Assembly (NCBI GenBank): GCA_037445735.1
Contig: JBBIJY010000026.1
Location: 1-21,115, forward strand
Direction of reading: 5' to 3'
DNA: 21,115 nucleotides
From: Armatimonadota bacterium
Lineage (GTDB): Bacteria; Armatimonadota; Fimbriimonadia; Fimbriimonadales; GBS-DC
A program made the translations under genes and the position numbers. The stretch's first letter is position 1; each line of letters opens with the position of its first letter. Under the pieces are notes generated by a model that saw nothing but the letters and a program-made list of their open reading frames with translations, ran no database searches and had not been told where the DNA came from. Below are positions 16,925 to 21,115 of the stretch, one piece after another.

Positions 16925-18046
16925 ATGGATACGGCACGGGAGCGGTTGCCGGCGGAGGTGCGCGCGCTGTGGGTGGTGCGCACCTCGATGGTTTCGCCGC
17001 AGGCGATTGAGCGTGTGGTGGAGCTATCGCGGGCGTATGGGTTCAACACGCTGTTTGTGCAGGTACGCGGGCGGGGCGACGCCTACTATCGCTCCAGCTA
17101 CGAGCCGCGCGCGGAGGCGCTGGCGAATCAGCCCGCCAGCTTCGACCCGCTCGGCTACCTGCTGGAGCGAGCGAAGGCGGCGGGGCTGATGGTGCATGCG
17201 TGGCTGAATGTCTATTATGTCTGGAGCCGCCCGCAGCCGCCGCGCAGCCCCCTGCATGTGGTCAGCCGCGCGAGCCGCTGGATCGCCCGCGACGGACGCA
17301 ACCGCTATCAGATGACCACTGCTGGGCGCGTGGAGGGCGTCTACCTGTGCCCCAGCAATCCCGATGTGCGGGCGCACCTGCTCCAGGTGTTCGCCGAGGT
17401 CGCCCGCAACTACCCCACGCTGGACGGCATCCATCTCGACTATGTGCGCTACCCTTACGAAGGCTACTGCTATTGCGAAGGTTGTCGCGCCCGATTCCGC
17501 GCCTCAATCGCTCCGCAGGTGAGCGAACAGCGACGGCGCGAGTTGGACCGCAAGGCGCTGCGTAATCCGCTGGCGTGGACACAGGCGTTCCCCGCTGAAT
17601 GGAGCGAGTGGCGCCGCGAGCAGGTGGACGCCTTCGTGAAAGCCTTCGCCCAGCAAACCCGCCAGATCCATCCCAGCCTGATTCTGTCGGCGGCGGTCTA
17701 TCCCAACCCGCTCAGCGCGTATCGGCGCAAACTGCAGAACTGGACGCTCTGGCTGCGCCGCGACTGGCTGGACACCGTGCTGCCGATGGCGTATGACACC
17801 GACACGGGCGCGGTCATCCGCCAGATCCAGCTGGCGTTGCAGGCGGCGGCAGGTCGCCCCGTGATTGGGGGCATCGGCGCGTGGCGAATCACACCCGAAA
17901 GCACCATCAACAAAATCCGCGCCATGCGACGGCTCGGCACGCGCGGATTCTGCCTCTTCTCCTACGATGTGATCACCCGCTACGGCGCCAGCGAGGACTA
18001 TCTGAGCCAGATTGCTTCGGTGGTGAACGACGCAAACCGCGCCTGA
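16925..18046 (+). CDS. Glycosyl hydrolase-like family 10 (GHL10/DUF187, YddW-like) protein
   Basis: EVRALWV, FNTLFVQVRGRGDAYY, FDPL, VHAWLN, DGIHLDYVRYP and PMAY. Start placed at ATG 16925 (GGTATTCT 11 nt upstream); TTG 16898 is an alternative. Confidence 0.85.
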   Translation: MDTARERLPAEVRALWVVRTSMVSPQAIERVVELSRAYGFNTLFVQVRGRGDAYYRSSYEPRAEALANQPASFDPLGYLLERAKAAGLMVHAWLNVYYVWSRPQPPRSPLHVVSRASRWIARDGRNRYQMTTAGRVEGVYLCPSNPDVRAHLLQVFAEVARNYPTLDGIHLDYVRYPYEGYCYCEGCRARFRASIAPQVSEQRRRELDRKALRNPLAWTQAFPAEWSEWRREQVDAFVKAFAQQTRQIHPSLILSAAVYPNPLSAYRRKLQNWTLWLRRDWLDTVLPMAYDTDTGAVIRQIQLALQAAAGRPVIGGIGAWRITPESTINKIRAMRRLGTRGFCLFSYDVITRYGASEDYLSQIASVVNDANRA

Positions 18047-18053
18047 ACGGTCA

Positions 18054-18061
18054 GGTATACT
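18054..18061 (+). promoter_or_regulatory. -10 element GGTATACT upstream of the DegT gene
   Basis: Matches the recurrent GGTAnnnT motif and lies just after the GHL10 stop. Confidence 0.5.
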
Positions 18062-18136
18062 ATGCCCGATGAGATTCGAATCAACAGCTCCGCCGAAACG
18101 GGCGGCGCTTGTGAGACGACAGGGAGGTATCGCACT

Positions 18137-19255
18137 TTGCAAGTCAGGATGGCAGATTTAGGCAGTCAGTACCGCCGAATTCGGGCGGAAGTGGAGCCGT
18201 TGCTCCACGCGGTGCTGGAGAGCGGGCGCTATGTGCTGGGCGAGCATGTGCATGCGCTGGAGCAGGAGATCGCCACGCTCTGCCACGCGCCCTATGCCGT
18301 CGGGGTGAACTCGGGCACGGACGCCATCAAGCTCACCCTGCGCGCAATCGGTATCGCACCCGGCGACGAGGTTATCACCACGCCCTTCACCTTCGTCTCC
18401 ACAGCCGAAGTGGTGGTGCTGCTGGGCGCACGACCCGTTTTCGTGGACATCGATCCGCTCACCTACAATCTGGACCCCGACCAGGTGGCGCGCGCCATCA
18501 CGCCGCGCACGCGCGCCATCCTGCCCGTTGATCTGTATGGTCAATCGGCGGAGATGCGGGTGCTGCGCGAAATCGCGGATCGGCACGGGCTGTGGCTGAT
18601 CGAAGACGCGGCGCAGGCGATTGGCGCGACCCATCACGGTCAGCCGATTGGCGCCTTCGCGCACGCCGCCACGCTCAGCTTCTTCCCCACCAAGAACATC
18701 GGCGGCGCGGGCGACGGCGGCATGGTCATCACCCATGAGGAAGCCATTGCCCGCAAGGTGCGCAGCCTGCGCGTGCATGGCATGAACGGCGGCTACTACT
18801 ACGAAGACATCGGCTACACCAGCCGACTCGACGAGCTGCAGGCGGTGATCCTGCGGGTGAAGCTACGCCACCTGAACGACTGGACCGACCGCCGCCGCTA
18901 TCACGCTGCGCTCTATCGCGCCCTGTTAGAGGACACCGATATCGGGTTGCCCTTCACCGCGCCCCATAACTACCATGTCTATCACCAGTTCACCATTCGC
19001 CATGCGCGGCGCGACCAGTTGCGCGAGCATCTGCGCGAGCGGGGCATCGAGAGCGCGGTCTACTACCCGCTGCCGCTGCACCTTCAGCCCGCCTATCGAT
19101 TCCTGGGCTATGAGGCGGGCGCGTTCCCGCACGCCGAGCGCGCCGCGCAGGAAGTGCTATCTATTCCCATCCACTCGGAACTCACCGAAGACCAGATCGC
19201 CTTCGTTGCGGAGGCGATTCGCGACTTTGTGCAGGCGGAGGTCGCGGTGCGATGA
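18137..19255 (+). CDS. DegT/DnrJ/EryC1/StrS PLP-dependent sugar aminotransferase
   Basis: VNSGTDA, GDEVITTPFTFVST, IEDAAQAIGA, SFFPTKNIGGAGDGG (PLP Lys) and SRLDELQA. TTG 18137 follows GGAGGT and gives a family-like MQVRMADL start; ATG 18062 is less likely. Confidence 0.93.
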   Translation: MQVRMADLGSQYRRIRAEVEPLLHAVLESGRYVLGEHVHALEQEIATLCHAPYAVGVNSGTDAIKLTLRAIGIAPGDEVITTPFTFVSTAEVVVLLGARPVFVDIDPLTYNLDPDQVARAITPRTRAILPVDLYGQSAEMRVLREIADRHGLWLIEDAAQAIGATHHGQPIGAFAHAATLSFFPTKNIGGAGDGGMVITHEEAIARKVRSLRVHGMNGGYYYEDIGYTSRLDELQAVILRVKLRHLNDWTDRRRYHAALYRALLEDTDIGLPFTAPHNYHVYHQFTIRHARRDQLREHLRERGIESAVYYPLPLHLQPAYRFLGYEAGAFPHAERAAQEVLSIPIHSELTEDQIAFVAEAIRDFVQAEVAVR

Positions 19256-20295
19256 AAGCGATGATTCTGGCGGCGGGCGTCGGCTCCCGCCTCGACCCGC
19301 TCACTCGCGCCATCCCCAAGCCGATGGTGCCCATCGTGAACCGACCCGTGATGGAGCATCTGGTCAATCTGCTCAAAAAGCATGGCTTCACCGACATCAT
19401 GGTGAACCTGCACTATCTGGGCGACCAGATCAAAGCCTACTTCGGCGACGGCACCCGCTGGGGCGTGCGAATCCACTACTCGGAAGAGGAGCAGCTCTGG
19501 GGCGACGCGGGCAGCGTCAAACGCTGTGAGGCGTTTTTCGACGACACCCTGATTGTGATTGGCGGCGACGACCTGACCGATTTAGACCTCACGCGCCTGG
19601 TGCGCTTCCACAAAGAGAAGCGCGCCCTCTGCACGATTGCCCTCTCGCTGGTGGAAGACCCGTCCGAGTACGGCATCGCTCTGCTGAACGAGCGGGGTCG
19701 CATCACCCGCTTCCTGGAGAAGCCCAGAGGCGAGATGATTTTCTCCAACGCCGCCAACATCGGCATCTATGTGCTGGAGCCAGAGGCGCTGGAGCTGATC
19801 CCCAAAGGCAAGCCATACGGCTTTGGCGCGAACCTGCTGCCGCTCCTTATCGAGCGCAAACTGCCCCTGTACGGCTTCCTCACCTCCAGCTACTGGAAGG
19901 ATGTGGGCAACCTGAAGACCTATCAGCAGGCGCACTGGGACGCGCTCGCCGGGCGCGTGAACCTGCAGATGCCCTACCCCGAACGCCGCAAATATGTGTG
20001 GATTGGCGACGAGGTGCAAATCGCCAAAGATGCGGAGGTCGGGTATCCCGTCGTGATTGGCTCCGGCACCCGCATCGAATCGGGCGCGCGCGTGCTGGAA
20101 AACTGCATCCTGGGCGAAAACTGCATCGTGGAAGCGGGCGCGGTGGTGCAGGAGAGCATCCTGTGGGACGGCGCAGTGGTGATGCGCGACACGATGCTGG
20201 TGCGCTGCGTCGTCGGACGCAACTGTAAGGTGAAATCAAATGTCGCCATCTTCGACGGCGTGATCGTCGATGCAAAACCCCGCAGCAATAGCTAA
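19252..20295 (+). CDS. NDP-sugar pyrophosphorylase (mannose-1-phosphate guanylyltransferase-like) with C-terminal left-handed beta-helix
   Basis: MKAMILAAGVGSRLDPLT..PKPMVPI.NRP, GDDLTD, FLEKP, YWKDVG, hexapeptide repeats. ATGA overlap with the DegT gene. Confidence 0.92.
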   Translation: MKAMILAAGVGSRLDPLTRAIPKPMVPIVNRPVMEHLVNLLKKHGFTDIMVNLHYLGDQIKAYFGDGTRWGVRIHYSEEEQLWGDAGSVKRCEAFFDDTLIVIGGDDLTDLDLTRLVRFHKEKRALCTIALSLVEDPSEYGIALLNERGRITRFLEKPRGEMIFSNAANIGIYVLEPEALELIPKGKPYGFGANLLPLLIERKLPLYGFLTSSYWKDVGNLKTYQQAHWDALAGRVNLQMPYPERRKYVWIGDEVQIAKDAEVGYPVVIGSGTRIESGARVLENCILGENCIVEAGAVVQESILWDGAVVMRDTMLVRCVVGRNCKVKSNVAIFDGVIVDAKPRSNS

Positions 20296-20351
20296 ACGCT
20301 TTCGGATAGCTGCTTAACTGAGGATGGCTGTAAGAAATGCTGAACCGCCTT

Positions 20352-20996
20352 TCACTCCTCGCCTTCGAAGAGGGTACGCACAGCAATCTCCAGCATCGGC
20401 TCAAACAGCGGACACACCACCTCCTCCAGACCATAATACCGCAGCCAGCGATACCGCGCATTGAACGCCGTCCCCGCCGCCGGCGACACCGGCTCCCGAT
20501 ACACCTCCAGACACCGCTCCACCAGGTTCACGATCCAGTATTCGGGTATCCCCACCGAGGCATATAAACTCATCTTCTCGGTGCGGTCGTACTCCAGCGA
20601 GGTGTCGGCAATCTCGATGACCAGCAGGGCGGTGGTGGGGTGCTGCTGGCGGTAATCGCTGGGCTTGCCCGGCACAATCGCAATATCGGGAAACGGCTCA
20701 CTATCCCCCAAACGCAGGGGGTCTTCTATGCGCACATGCCATTCCGAGTGGGCGCGCCGCTGCCATGGGCGAGCCGAGTAGGTTTTGCATACTGAATGCT
20801 CAGGACCGACGGGTGCCATCTGGACGATCTCTCCTCCGATCAGTTCCACGCGCTGGTCGCGAAACAGCTCCAGCGCCCCCAGCTGTTCAAACTGTTCGGG
20901 CGTAAACCGATAGCGCTGCACGCCCAGCGAAACCGCTTCCGCAGGCTGAAGCGCACCAGAACGCTTGCGTGGGCGAGATTGTATTTGAGTTGCCAT
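20352..20996 (-). CDS. Uma2-family (DUF820) PD-(D/E)xK putative endonuclease
   Basis: RVELIGGEIVQMAP.GPEH, EPFPDIAIV, LLVIEIADTSLEYDRTEK..LYA..GIPEYWIVNL. Start at ATG 20996 (MATQIQ), 15 nt after GGTATACT at 21012-21019. Confidence 0.92.
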   Translation of the reverse strand: MATQIQSRPRKRSGALQPAEAVSLGVQRYRFTPEQFEQLGALELFRDQRVELIGGEIVQMAPVGPEHSVCKTYSARPWQRRAHSEWHVRIEDPLRLGDSEPFPDIAIVPGKPSDYRQQHPTTALLVIEIADTSLEYDRTEKMSLYASVGIPEYWIVNLVERCLEVYREPVSPAAGTAFNARYRWLRYYGLEEVVCPLFEPMLEIAVRTLFEGEE

Positions 20997-21061
20997 TCTC
21001 TCACCAGATAGAGTATACCTCACAATCCGTAGTGGCGAACACAACGCGCCACCCACTCTGT

Positions 21062-21115
21062 TCACTCCTCGCCTTCGAAGAGGGTACGCACAGCAATCTC
21101 CAGCATCGGCTCAAA
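21062..21115 (-). CDS. 3' end of a second Uma2-family gene (partial, continues beyond window)
   Basis: 21061-21115 is identical to 20351-20405 and encodes FEPMLEIAVRTLFEGEE*. Confidence 0.75.
   Translation of the reverse strand, partial: FEPMLEIAVRTLFEGEE

Noticed and set aside
18062-18136. ATG 18062 as the DegT start
   Set aside because: It directly abuts the putative -10 and has no RBS. TTG 18137 has GGAGGT and matches the family N-terminus.

Overview
GC-rich bacterial chromosomal region (lineage cannot be established from the sequence alone; the gene content and promoter style would fit a thermophilic Terrabacteria-type organism such as Armatimonadota, but that is a guess). It is mostly housekeeping. 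From left to right: the 5' end of a frameshifted IS5-family transposase, a Trm112-like gene, nadA, a LamG-type lipoprotein, galK, DUF2203, tmRNA (ssrA, tag ANYNYALAA), greA, a PqaA-type hydrolase, an FAD oxidoreductase, a SolA/sarcosine-oxidase-like gene, an isolated nuoH-J-K cluster, a LysM-NlpC/P60 peptidase, clpC, a degenerate clpC paralogue, a frameshifted DUF4190 gene, a GHL10 glycoside hydrolase, a DegT aminotransferase, an NDP-sugar pyrophosphorylase and tandem Uma2 nucleases. Five things stand out. (1) A tandem clpC paralogue shares a 376-bp nucleotide-identical Clp-N segment with clpC, but this is fused to a highly diverged, apparently catalytically dead single AAA module with no D2 domain. 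(2) Three BoxC/REP-like palindromes sit in frame inside an oxidoreductase gene, and near-identical copies lie intergenically next to ssrA/greA. (3) A recurrent GGTAnnnT -10 motif lies 8-15 nt upstream of many starts, suggesting leaderless or short-leader expression. (4) Structured leaders with small uORFs precede the NlpC/P60 gene and clpC. (5) Two tandem Uma2 genes have identical 3' ends.
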